From Anaerolineae bacterium (GTDB lineage Bacteria > Chloroflexota > Anaerolineae > SpSt-600): 64,000 bases of DNA. Below are positions 1 through 8,709 of the stretch, in pieces. Under the pieces are notes generated by a model, which was given only the letters and a program-made list of their open reading frames with translations, did not search any database and was not told the origin of the DNA. The position numbers and the translations under genes are program-made. The stretch lies in contig JANXAG010000001.1 in assembly GCA_025062375.1 (NCBI GenBank), forward strand, positions 50,922-114,921, given 5' to 3'. Every line of letters begins with the position of its first letter. The stretch's first letter is position 1.

Positions 1-5
1 AGATG

Positions 6-25
6 CAAACGGTTATGACCGTTTG
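6..25. repeat. Perfect 8-bp inverted repeat CAAACGGT-tatg-ACCGTTTG just past the plsY stop; possible terminator stem for a converging gene, but no U-tract
   Basis: Seen directly at the window edge. Stem 6-13 pairs with 18-25, with a 4-nt loop. Confidence 0.25.
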
Positions 26-51
26 GTAAAGGGTCAACATGGCTCAAACCT

Positions 52-663
52 TTAGCGCTGAATCACGCCTTTTGGCTCAAACCAGCCGCTTTTCTGGCGC
101 ACAGCGGTCTCGTGGGGGCGATCCAGGATTTTCTTAAAAGCCAGAATCATCATTAAACCCAGAATCTTAAGCCACTCCCCTAAAGGAACCCACAGCAAAG
201 CCAGCAGGACCATGGAGCCGAGACCGACACCAGCGCTGACGTTGAAGTTGCGGGTTACGGCCCAGGCAAGGCTCAGGAGTATCACCCCCAGCAATATAGC
301 CTGAGGTATAACATTGAGCAGAAAGCCCAGTGCTACCGAGATTCCCTTACCTCCTCGGCCTTTGAGAAAAAGGGGGAAACCGTGTCCGAGAACTGCAGCC
401 AGACCGGCCAGGTAGATAATTAGCTCATTACTGGTAAAGTGAGAGGCGAGCCTGTAAACAACAAACCCCTTGGAAACATCCAGAAATCCCGCCAGGAGGC
501 CGGGGAGGGGGCCAGCAAGATGCCAGACATTTCTTGCCCCCACGTTGCCTTCGCCTTCGTAACGGACATCCTTACCGGCAATTAGGCGAGCTACGATGTA
601 TGAAAAGGGTATTGAACCGATAAGATAAGATAAAGCTATAATTGCGAGAATTCCCCAAATCAT
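52..663 (-). CDS. plsY: Glycerol-3-phosphate acyltransferase PlsY (acyl-phosphate dependent)
   Basis: The multi-TM protein has the PlsY signature 'LIGSIPFSYIVARL' and 'GEGNVGARN'. I chose the internal start at M22 (663) because a GGAGG lies 7-8 nt upstream. The tracked ORF extends to 726. Confidence 0.8.
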   Translation of the reverse strand: MIWGILAIIALSYLIGSIPFSYIVARLIAGKDVRYEGEGNVGARNVWHLAGPLPGLLAGFLDVSKGFVVYRLASHFTSNELIIYLAGLAAVLGHGFPLFLKGRGGKGISVALGFLLNVIPQAILLGVILLSLAWAVTRNFNVSAGVGLGSMVLLALLWVPLGEWLKILGLMMILAFKKILDRPHETAVRQKSGWFEPKGVIQR

Positions 664-1042
664 AACCATCTCCTCCCGCCAAAAATCTTCCATCAAATGA
701 TAGCACAAGCGATTCCACTCTGTCAAAATTTATCCCAAAAGCCCCAAATTTACGGTGGCTAACTCTGACACTGGAGCAGTTATTTTTTACACAGAGCTAT
801 TTCCTGGTCATCCGTCCAGGTTTTCGGACAGCGGGAGCTGGAAAGTTCTGAAGATTTTCTCAGGGTAAGAGGGGCCATGCATATCTATCGCAAAATTTTC
901 CAGGGCAGGATGGGATTATATGGGAAAAATGCCAGTCTTATGATGGGCCGGAGAAAAGGGGAAGAAGTGATAGCGGTTTCAGTCAGCAATTGGCTTTTAC
1001 AGCCCTGGCGGTCATTGTGCCCTGCATCTTGCTGACGGAAGT

Positions 1043-1071
1043 GCTTAAAAACTCTTAGCCTTGGTTATAAT
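1043..1071 (+). promoter_or_regulatory. Candidate sigma70 promoter for the PEPC gene (weak -35 GCTTAA, -10 TATAAT at 1066-1071)
   Basis: Sequence motif only. The -35 is poor. Confidence 0.3.
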
Positions 1072-1187
1072 TTATTTAATACGAAGGGCTTCAATGTGGG
1101 TTTTATTTTATTAAAAATAGCCGAAGCGGGTCATCCAGGAGGGTTTTGTTTTCAAAATTAGCGCAAGGGGTAAAGAAAGGAGGACAG

Positions 1188-2672
1188 ATGATCAAAATAC
1201 CGCGGGCCATGTCCACCCAGCATCCCGATAATGTCTCTCTGCCCTTTTTTGCTGAAACTCCTGACATGTCAGGAGAGGATGAAATTCAGGAAGCCTATTA
1301 CGCTTTCTCCCACCTGGGATGTGATGAACAGATGTGGGACAGCGAGGGAAAAGAAGTAGACGACTTCGTGGTTAAGAAGCTGCTTACGAGATACCCCCAT
1401 TTCTTCAAAAAAAAGCGCCTTGGAGAAGAGGTCTTTTTGACTTTACGGGTGCCTAACCCTTCTGTGGAGAAAGAGGAGGCCAAAATTCTGGTTGAAGCCC
1501 TGGAGAGCATTCCACGTTCTATGGATGCAGCCAGGCTTTTTTACGGAGATACGTCTCCTTCTCCCATCTTTGAAGTAATACTTCCCATGACCACTTCTGC
1601 AGAGGAGTTAAATCAAGTGTATTTCTTTTATAAGAACTTCATCTCAGGCAAACAGAATCAGCCCATTTTTGAAGGATCTGTAACGGTTGCGGAGTGGGTC
1701 GGAGAATTTTTACCGGAAAAAATTAATGTGATTCCACTTTTTGAAGATGTGACTTATATACTGAAAGCGGATGAAATTCTCAGAGAATACCTCAGAGACA
1801 AACCAGAGAGCTACCTGCGAGTTTTCCTGGCGAGGTCCGATCCTGCCTTAAACTATGGCGTCGTGGCAGCGATTCTCGCTAACAAAATTGCTTTGAGGAA
1901 AATTCACAAACTCTCTCAGGAGCTGGAAAAAGAATTCTACCCCATTTTGGGAACAGGTTCTCCGCCTTTCCGGGGCAATCTCACACCCTATACGGTGGAT
2001 TATGTGCTTTCAGAATACCCCTACGTTGAGACCTTCACCGTGCAGTCCGCTTTCAAGTACGACTATCCCATCGAAGACGTAATATCCGCTATAAAAAAGA
2101 TTAAAAATTTCGTAAGGTATCCTCCGGAGGATTTTGAGGAAAAGTTCGCCCTAATGGTTATCGAAAAGACCTCCCGGGAATATAGGGCTATCATTGAACA
2201 AATAGCAGACCTGATCAACTTTCTTGCTCGCTATGTGCCAAGGAGGAGAATGAGGAAGCTTCACATAGGACTTTTCGGTTATTCGCGCCAGCTTGGAAGG
2301 GTTACTCTTCCGAGAGCCATAAGTTTCTGCGCGGCCTGTTATTCTCTGGGACTTCCCCCAGAAATTCTCGGGCTTTCAGCCCTGACGCAAGAAGAACTTC
2401 ACGAACTTAAATCTATTTATCGGAACCTGGAATTTGATCTCTCCATTGCGCTGAAATATTTCAATCCGAAGGTGTTGGAAATAATTCCCTCGGTTAAAAA
2501 ACCTCTGCTTGAGGCTTTAAACCTTATAAACTCTCTAAACATCAAGGTGGAACCCGATTTGGAGCACCGCGAAATCACGGGGAGGATAGTAAAGGATTTA
2601 AAAAGAGACTTTTATGCTCGTTTAACGGATCTTATTGTAGAAGCCGGGCTTCTCAGAAGGTTTCTGGGCTAA
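1188..2672 (+). CDS. ppcA: Archaeal-type phosphoenolpyruvate carboxylase (PEPcase_2 family)
   Basis: The N-terminus 'MIKIPRAMSTQHPDN' is the hallmark start of archaeal-type PEPC, and the ~495-aa length fits. A strong AGGAGG RBS precedes the ATG at 1188, so the 1146 start of the tracked ORF is less likely. Confidence 0.75.
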   Translation: MIKIPRAMSTQHPDNVSLPFFAETPDMSGEDEIQEAYYAFSHLGCDEQMWDSEGKEVDDFVVKKLLTRYPHFFKKKRLGEEVFLTLRVPNPSVEKEEAKILVEALESIPRSMDAARLFYGDTSPSPIFEVILPMTTSAEELNQVYFFYKNFISGKQNQPIFEGSVTVAEWVGEFLPEKINVIPLFEDVTYILKADEILREYLRDKPESYLRVFLARSDPALNYGVVAAILANKIALRKIHKLSQELEKEFYPILGTGSPPFRGNLTPYTVDYVLSEYPYVETFTVQSAFKYDYPIEDVISAIKKIKNFVRYPPEDFEEKFALMVIEKTSREYRAIIEQIADLINFLARYVPRRRMRKLHIGLFGYSRQLGRVTLPRAISFCAACYSLGLPPEILGLSALTQEELHELKSIYRNLEFDLSIALKYFNPKVLEIIPSVKKPLLEALNLINSLNIKVEPDLEHREITGRIVKDLKRDFYARLTDLIVEAGLLRRFLG

Positions 2673-2767
2673 AACCCTTCCACACAATACCTTCATTGCC
2701 GGCATAGTCAGAAGAAGCTCCCCCATATGGAGCCTCAAAGCTTTATCGCCTCTGCCATCCAATCAAG

Positions 2768-2796
2768 TTGCTAAAAAGCTTACTAAATGCTATAAT
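2768..2796 (+). promoter_or_regulatory. Sigma70 promoter upstream of nusA: TTGCTA (2768-2773), 17-nt spacer, TATAAT (2791-2796)
   Basis: Near-consensus hexamers at ideal spacing, about 85 nt upstream of the nusA ATG. Confidence 0.55.
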
Positions 2797-2825
2797 TTAA
2801 ACCAGGCAAAATAGCATCCAAGGAA

Positions 2826-2852
2826 AAGTGGGGTTTCCCCACTTTTCTCATT
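2826..2852 (+). terminator. Intrinsic-terminator-like hairpin (AAGTGGGG-ttt-CCCCACTT followed by TTCTCATT) inside the nusA 5' leader; candidate attenuator or 3' end of a ~50-nt sRNA
   Basis: An 8-bp GC-rich stem plus a U-rich tail lies between the predicted transcription start (~2803) and the nusA start (2880). Confidence 0.4.
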
Positions 2853-2879
2853 GTAAAGAACTTAAAGGAGTGGAAAGGG

Positions 2880-4226
2880 ATGAAAAATGAAGTGATATTA
2901 GCCATAAAGCAGCTGAGTGAGGAGAGAAAACTACCACCAGATATAATCCTCAAGGCGGCCGAAGATGCTGTAGCTTCCGCCTACAAAAAAGACTATGGCC
3001 CGGCCATGAACGTGAGGGCCAAAATAGATGTGAAAACCGGGCAGATAAAGATCTTTGTGGATAAAATGGTCGTGGAAACAGTAACTAACCCTAAAACCCA
3101 GATTTCTCTGGAGGAAGCTCTGAAAATAAACCCTGAAGCTCGCATAGGCCAGATGATATCGGTGGAAAACACCCCGCCTGGCTTCGGCCGTATTGCTGCT
3201 CAGAACGCAAGACAGGTTATCCTGCAACGCATAAGGGAAGCCGAAAAAGACTACGTCTACAGCACCCTGGCTGACAAAGAGGGTGAGCTTATACTTGGCG
3301 TTATTCAAAAAGTAGATCATGCCACAGGCAACGTTATCGTCAATATAGATAAGCTTGAAGCCATAATGCCTCCGAAGGAGAGAATCCCCGGGGAAAAGTA
3401 TCAGGTTAACCAGAAAATGCTCTTCTACATTGTAGAAGTTTACAAATCAGGGGCTGGGCCCAGGATTATCCTTTCCAGAGCTCATAAGAATTTCCTGAAG
3501 CGGCTCTTTGAAAGGGAGGTCCCAGAAATAGCCCAGGGCCTCGTGGAAATCAAGGCTATAGCCCGGGAGGCGGGCTCTCGCTCCAAAGTGGCCGTAAAGG
3601 CCATCCAGCCAGGCCTCGACCCCATAGGGACATGTGTAGGCCAAAAGGGAGTCAGAATCCAGAATATTCAAAAGGAGCTCAATGGGGAAAAGGTTGAAGT
3701 AATAGAATGGAGCCTGGATCCAGCTGCTTTTATAGCCAATGCCATGAGCCCTGCCAGGGTTATTAAAGTTATCCTGCAGAAAACTGAAGAAGGCAGAACT
3801 GCTACCGTAATAGTTCCCGATAACCAGCTTTCACTGGCAATAGGTAAAGAGGGTCAAAACGCCAGGCTTGTGGCTAAACTTACAGGCTGGCGGATTGATA
3901 TAAAGAGTGAAAGTGAGGCCAGGGCTGAAGGTCTGCTGGAAGGGGAGGAAGATAAGAGGGACCTCTTATCCATAGCTCAAGCTATCCTTACCGGGCAGAA
4001 ACCTGAGGTTATATTGGCTCAGAAGGCTCCGCCTGAACTTCCTGAACTGGAATCAGAACAGCTTCCTGTTCAGGGTGAAACCTCTCCAGAGCCCGCCGAA
4101 CCGGAAGAAGTCACCCCCCAAGAGGGAGAGGCTGAAGGGTTTTCTCTGGAATACCTTCAGGAAGAACTCCTCAAGATAAAATCCTTTGGCCTGGATGAGG
4201 AAAAGCCTAAGAAAAGGAGAAAGTAA
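2880..4226 (+). CDS. nusA: Transcription termination/antitermination factor NusA
   Basis: The N-terminal domain, S1 and two KH domains read like NusA (e.g. 'GTCVGQKGVRIQNIQKELNGEKVEVIEW'). An acidic C-terminal tail follows. The gene sits in the conserved position upstream of infB. Confidence 0.95.
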   Translation: MKNEVILAIKQLSEERKLPPDIILKAAEDAVASAYKKDYGPAMNVRAKIDVKTGQIKIFVDKMVVETVTNPKTQISLEEALKINPEARIGQMISVENTPPGFGRIAAQNARQVILQRIREAEKDYVYSTLADKEGELILGVIQKVDHATGNVIVNIDKLEAIMPPKERIPGEKYQVNQKMLFYIVEVYKSGAGPRIILSRAHKNFLKRLFEREVPEIAQGLVEIKAIAREAGSRSKVAVKAIQPGLDPIGTCVGQKGVRIQNIQKELNGEKVEVIEWSLDPAAFIANAMSPARVIKVILQKTEEGRTATVIVPDNQLSLAIGKEGQNARLVAKLTGWRIDIKSESEARAEGLLEGEEDKRDLLSIAQAILTGQKPEVILAQKAPPELPELESEQLPVQGETSPEPAEPEEVTPQEGEAEGFSLEYLQEELLKIKSFGLDEEKPKKRRK

Positions 4227-4232
4227 GGGGAA

Positions 4233-4583
4233 ATGTCACCCAAGCACATACCCATGCGCACCTGTGTGGGCTGCCGGGAGGTCAAGCCCAAACAGGCGAT
4301 GATGAGGATTGTCAGGACAACGGATGGACAGATTGAGGTAGACCCAAAAGGTAAGAAGCCTGGGCGAGGTGCTTACCTTTGCCTTAGGAAAAGCTGTTGG
4401 GAGACAGCCCTGAGGCGCAGAAGTCTTGATTACGCCCTTAAAATTGCAGTTCCGCCAGAGGTGGAAGAGAGGCTTAAAAAGCTGGCCCAGCTTATCCCTG
4501 AAGAGGAGCTTGTGGGAATAACCTGGCAGGAAAAAGAGAAGCTGGTGACCAGCCTCTATAATGGAGGAGAAAATGCCAGTTGA
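4233..4583 (+). CDS. ylxR: YlxR/RnpM-family (DUF448) RNA-binding protein of the nusA-infB operon
   Basis: The 'MRTCVGCR...PGRGAYLC' zinc-ribbon-like signature is present. The gene is in the canonical position between nusA and infB. Confidence 0.8.
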   Translation: MSPKHIPMRTCVGCREVKPKQAMMRIVRTTDGQIEVDPKGKKPGRGAYLCLRKSCWETALRRRSLDYALKIAVPPEVEERLKKLAQLIPEEELVGITWQEKEKLVTSLYNGGENAS

Positions 4584-6471
4584 TGAGAAAATTCGCAAAA
4601 AAGGGAGAAAGTTTCCCAAAAAGGGGTTTGCAGGCAAAAAATTTAAGCCCAAGCCGCGCCCCAAGGTGATCCTTGAGGAGGAGCCAGCGCCTCCAGAACC
4701 CCCTCCCTCGAAGAAAATCGTCATTCCAGACAGTATTACGGTCAGGGAGCTGGCCCAGCTTATGAACATAAGCCCTATTGATGTGATCAAAGAGCTTATG
4801 AAAAACGGGGTTATGGCTAACATAAACCAGCGCCTTGACCGAGATACGGCTGTCATTGTAGCTGAGGAACTGGGCTTCACAGTGGAAGAGCCTGCTCCAC
4901 CTCCGGTAGAAGAACTTCCTCCGGCCCCCAAAACCATACGCCAACTTATCTACGAAGGCGAACCGCCTGAAAAGATGGTGCCAAGGCCTCCAGTTGTTAC
5001 TGTATTGGGCCATGTGGACCATGGTAAGACCACACTTCTGGATGCTATTCGCCATACCAATGTGGCGGCAGGGGAGGTGGGAGGGATAACTCAGAAGATA
5101 GGGGCTTACCAGGTGGATGTAAATGGCAAAAAGATAACCTTCATAGATACCCCTGGCCACGAAGCTTTTACTGCCATGAGGGCAAGAGGTGCTCAGGTAA
5201 CTGATATAGCCGTGCTGGTGGTAGCTGCTGACGATGGGGTAATGCCCCAAACGCTGGAAGCAATTGACCACGCCAGAGCCGCTCAGGTTCCGATAATTGT
5301 AGCTATCAACAAAATTGACAAACCTGAAGCTAATGTAGAGAGGGTCAAGCGCCAGCTGGCAGAAGTAGGCCTCATCCCGGAGGAATGGGGAGGTAATACC
5401 ATATGTGTTCCGATATCGGCTAAAAAGGGCATAGGGATTGATGAACTTCTGGAGAATATACTTCTGGTAGCGGAGCTGGAAGGGCTAAAGGCCAACCCCA
5501 ACCGCCCTGCTGTTGGGACGGTTATTGAAGGCAAGATGGACGAAAGGCGCGGCCCTGTAGCCACCGTGCTGGTCCAGAACGGAAGTCTGCGCCGCGGAGA
5601 GATCATCGTAGTAGATGATATTTACGGACGGGTCAGGGCTATGTTTAATGACCGGGGAGAGCCTATAAATGAGGCCCCTCCGTCCACACCTGCTCTCGTC
5701 CTGGGTCTGCCCGAGGTTCCCCCAGCTGGTGCGCTGTTTGAGGTGGTCAGGAATGAAAAAGAGGCCAAGGCTATAGTGGAAAAGCGCCGTGCTGAAAAGG
5801 CTGTACCTAAACCAGCACCACAGGTGATAACGCTGGAAGCTCTGCATCAGATGATGCAGGCAGGGGAGGTGAAAGAACTTAACGTTATCATTAAAGCCGA
5901 TGCTTACGGTTCTCTGGAGCCCATTGTAAGCTCATTAAGCAAAATGAGTACTGAAGACCTGCGCATCAAAATAATTCATAAGGGGACAGGGAACGTAAGC
6001 GAGTCCGATGTAATGCTGGCAGTGGCTTCAAAGGGCCTGGTTATAGGCTTTAACGTGGATGTAGATCCAGCAGCGCGGGCTCTGGCCGAAAACGAGAAGG
6101 TTGAAATTCGTTTGTATCAGGTAATTTACCATCTCCTGGAAGATGTGGAAAAGGCTCTCAAAGGCTTGTTGGAGCCCGAAGTTAAGGAAAAGATTCTGGG
6201 TCATGCTCAGGTTAGAGCTATATTCAGAGTAGCTAAAGGTCAGGTAGCGGGAGTTTACGTCCTGGATGGAGTTGTTGTAAGGGGAGCAAGAGCCAGGATA
6301 ATCCGCAACGGAGAGCTGGTATACGATGGCAAAGTAGCTTCCCTGCGCCGATTCACAGAGGACGTTAAAGAGGTCCGCCAGGGGTTTGAGTGCGGGGTTG
6401 GTCTTGAGAGCTTTGGGGATTTTGTGATAGGCGATATCATTGAAATTTACGAAAGGGTGAAGGTGGTTTAA
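4561..6471 (+). CDS. infB: Translation initiation factor IF-2
   Basis: The G domain shows '[12 protein letters not shown]', 'DTPGHEAF' and 'NKID'. The IF-2 C-terminal domains follow, and the N-terminal region is short and basic. Confidence 0.95.
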   Translation: MEEKMPVDEKIRKKGRKFPKKGFAGKKFKPKPRPKVILEEEPAPPEPPPSKKIVIPDSITVRELAQLMNISPIDVIKELMKNGVMANINQRLDRDTAVIVAEELGFTVEEPAPPPVEELPPAPKTIRQLIYEGEPPEKMVPRPPVVTVLGHVDHGKTTLLDAIRHTNVAAGEVGGITQKIGAYQVDVNGKKITFIDTPGHEAFTAMRARGAQVTDIAVLVVAADDGVMPQTLEAIDHARAAQVPIIVAINKIDKPEANVERVKRQLAEVGLIPEEWGGNTICVPISAKKGIGIDELLENILLVAELEGLKANPNRPAVGTVIEGKMDERRGPVATVLVQNGSLRRGEIIVVDDIYGRVRAMFNDRGEPINEAPPSTPALVLGLPEVPPAGALFEVVRNEKEAKAIVEKRRAEKAVPKPAPQVITLEALHQMMQAGEVKELNVIIKADAYGSLEPIVSSLSKMSTEDLRIKIIHKGTGNVSESDVMLAVASKGLVIGFNVDVDPAARALAENEKVEIRLYQVIYHLLEDVEKALKGLLEPEVKEKILGHAQVRAIFRVAKGQVAGVYVLDGVVVRGARARIIRNGELVYDGKVASLRRFTEDVKEVRQGFECGVGLESFGDFVIGDIIEIYERVKVV

Positions 6472-6472
6472 G

Positions 6473-6859
6473 ATGGTTAAATCCATGACCCGTCGTCAGA
6501 AAAGGGTTGGAGAACTAATTCGGCGGGAGATAAGCACTTTGCTGGAAAGAAAAGTCAAAGACCCCCGTCTGAGTTTCGTAACGGTGACAGATGTGGAGGT
6601 TACTTTTGATCTCAAAGACGCCTTCATTTACGTCAGCGCTCCGGAGGGTCAGGTGCGCAAGGAAGAAATCCTGGAAGGCTTTGAAAGGGCTTCGGGTTTC
6701 CTGCGCCATGAGCTGGCCCAGAATCTCCGCATCAAATTTATCCCCCGCCTTAATTTTGTTTGGGATGATTCTCTGGAACGGGGGCAGCGCATTAACCAGC
6801 TCCTCCGGGAGATAAAAGAAAGGGAAAATGTCCAAAGAAGCGATAGTCAAGAGCCTTAA
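6473..6859 (+). CDS. rbfA: Ribosome-binding factor A
   Basis: The ~128-aa protein begins 'RRQKRVGELIRREISTLL' (KH-like RbfA fold) and lies directly downstream of infB. Confidence 0.9.
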   Translation: MVKSMTRRQKRVGELIRREISTLLERKVKDPRLSFVTVTDVEVTFDLKDAFIYVSAPEGQVRKEEILEGFERASGFLRHELAQNLRIKFIPRLNFVWDDSLERGQRINQLLREIKERENVQRSDSQEP

Positions 6860-7775
6860 CGAAGCCAATAAAATCCTGATTCTAACCCACATTGACCCCG
6901 ATGGAGATGCTATTGGTTCTGTGCTTGGGCTGGGTTTAGCACTAGAGAAGATCGGGAAAAAGGTGATTATGGCCTGCCAGGACCCAGTCCCCAGACGGTT
7001 CCTCTATCTGCCGGGAAGCCAGAGGATAATCCCATACCCCTCCGGTTCCTTTGAAGTGGTGGTATCTCTTGACGTTAACGATATCAAGCGATTGGGGAAA
7101 GCTTACCATAAAGAGCTCCTGGGCCATTTGCCTCTTTTAAACATCGATCATCACATCACTAACCTCTACTTTGGAACTCTCAACTGGGTAGAGCCGCAGG
7201 CGGCGGCTACAGCCGAAATGGTGCTGGAACTCCTTGATGAGCTCCATGCACCCATTGAGTCGGATGTGGCCCTTTGTCTCCTCAACGGCATTGTTACGGA
7301 TACCCAGGGCTTTCGGACGGCCAGCACTACTGCCAAAACTCTGGAAGCGGCTTTACGGCTTCAGAAGGCTGGGGCAAACCTCCATCAGGTTATGACTTAC
7401 GCCTTTAACCACCATTCCCTGAAGATGCTTCAGCTCTGGAGCAAACTCCTGGGACGGGTACAGTTCAAGGATGGAATTATATGGGTAGACAAACCCCGCT
7501 CAATTCTGCAGGAACTGGAGCTGGTAGAAGACAATGACTCTGGACTGGTGAATTTCCTTTTGGGGGTAGAGGGGGTCAAAATAGCGGTTATCTTCACCGA
7601 AAAACCTGGCGGGGAAGTGGATGTAAGCCTGCGCTCCGCGCCCGGGATAGACCTCTCAACGGTCGCGGTCAAACTCGGAGGAGGTGGCCATCCCCAGGCT
7701 GCTGGCTGTCGCCTTAAGGGGAGTTTGGAGGAGGTTAAGAAAATAGTGCTGGAAGAACTTTTCAAGTTCACCTAA
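6828..7775 (+). CDS. nrnA: DHH/DHHA1 phosphoesterase, NrnA-type nanoRNase / pAp phosphatase
   Basis: The DHH motif context is 'THIDPDGDAIGS' and 'DHH', and the C-terminus has 'GGGH'. The gene follows rbfA in the conserved position. Confidence 0.8.
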   Translation: MSKEAIVKSLNEANKILILTHIDPDGDAIGSVLGLGLALEKIGKKVIMACQDPVPRRFLYLPGSQRIIPYPSGSFEVVVSLDVNDIKRLGKAYHKELLGHLPLLNIDHHITNLYFGTLNWVEPQAAATAEMVLELLDELHAPIESDVALCLLNGIVTDTQGFRTASTTAKTLEAALRLQKAGANLHQVMTYAFNHHSLKMLQLWSKLLGRVQFKDGIIWVDKPRSILQELELVEDNDSGLVNFLLGVEGVKIAVIFTEKPGGEVDVSLRSAPGIDLSTVAVKLGGGGHPQAAGCRLKGSLEEVKKIVLEELFKFT

Positions 7776-7833
7776 AGCTGACTTTTTACCTCTGGCGCTG
7801 GCTTCTTGCTTTCCCCGGGAGCACAAAAGGTGT

Positions 7834-8706
7834 ATGAAACCTGAACTTTCGGGAATTCTCAACATCAATAAACCCAGAGGCCTTACCTCCCACGATGTAG
7901 TGGACAGAGTACGGAAAATAAGTGGGGTCCGAAAAGTCGGGCATGCTGGGACTCTTGACCCCATAGCTACAGGTGTTTTAGTTATATGCCTGGGGAAAGC
8001 TACTAAGCTCGTCCGTTTTATAACCGAAAGCCCGAAGACTTACAGAACCACACTGCGTTTGGGCATAAGCACTAACACTCACGATGCCGAAGGCGAGGTG
8101 GTCCGGGAGGCACCCGTAAACACCTCTATGGAAGAGATCAAAGAAGCCCTTAAGGAGTTTACCGGCACTATAGAACAAATCCCGCCTTTGTTTTCAGCTA
8201 TAAAAGTAAAAGGGAAACGCCTTTACGAGCTGGCCCGAGAAGGCAAAGAAGTAAGCCCTCCTCCCCGGAGGGTAGAAATTTACCGCCTGGAACTATTGGA
8301 GTGGGATAACCCTTTCCTTACTCTGGAGATAGAATGTTCCCATGGAACTTACATAAGAGCCTTAGCCAGGGACCTAGGAGAAAGGCTTGGGTGTGGTGCC
8401 CATGTGGCAGCGCTGACCCGGCTTAAAAGTGGGCGGTTCACTCTGGAAGAAGCTGTAACCCTTGAGGAACTGGAAACAGCTGGACTTAAACGATATTTGA
8501 TCCCGGCAGAAATAGCCGTGGCCGATCTTCCCGCTGTTATTTTGGAAAAGGGTGAAGAGAAAAGGATCCGCTTTGGTCAAAAGGTGAAGGGCAACCCTCA
8601 GGGAGGTGAAGGACTTCACAAAGTTTACTCCTTTGATGGGCGGTTTTTAGGCCTGGTGGAATGGGATAAGACTGCTAAGATGTGGCAACCGAGACTTGTG
8701 CTGTAG
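7834..8706 (+). CDS. truB: tRNA pseudouridine(55) synthase TruB
   Basis: The protein carries 'GHAGTLDPIATGVL' with the catalytic Asp and a PUA-like C-terminus. Confidence 0.95.
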   Translation: MKPELSGILNINKPRGLTSHDVVDRVRKISGVRKVGHAGTLDPIATGVLVICLGKATKLVRFITESPKTYRTTLRLGISTNTHDAEGEVVREAPVNTSMEEIKEALKEFTGTIEQIPPLFSAIKVKGKRLYELAREGKEVSPPPRRVEIYRLELLEWDNPFLTLEIECSHGTYIRALARDLGERLGCGAHVAALTRLKSGRFTLEEAVTLEELETAGLKRYLIPAEIAVADLPAVILEKGEEKRIRFGQKVKGNPQGGEGLHKVYSFDGRFLGLVEWDKTAKMWQPRLVL

Positions 8707-8709
8707 GCC

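Noticed and set aside
1298-1510. 70-aa minus-strand ORF inside the PEPC gene
   Set aside because: It lies inside a confident coding region on the opposite strand and has no independent signals.
4236-5271. Long antisense ORFs (4236..4937, 4492..5271 minus strand) overlapping ylxR and infB, and similar ones opposite ribF (9118..9804), opposite the P-type ATPase (27647..28135) and opposite gyrB (49134..49760)
   Set aside because: Each lies entirely inside a strongly supported gene on the other strand. Their products are low-complexity (Gly/Ser/Arg-rich or Pro-rich) with no motifs. They are typical GC-rich antisense frames.
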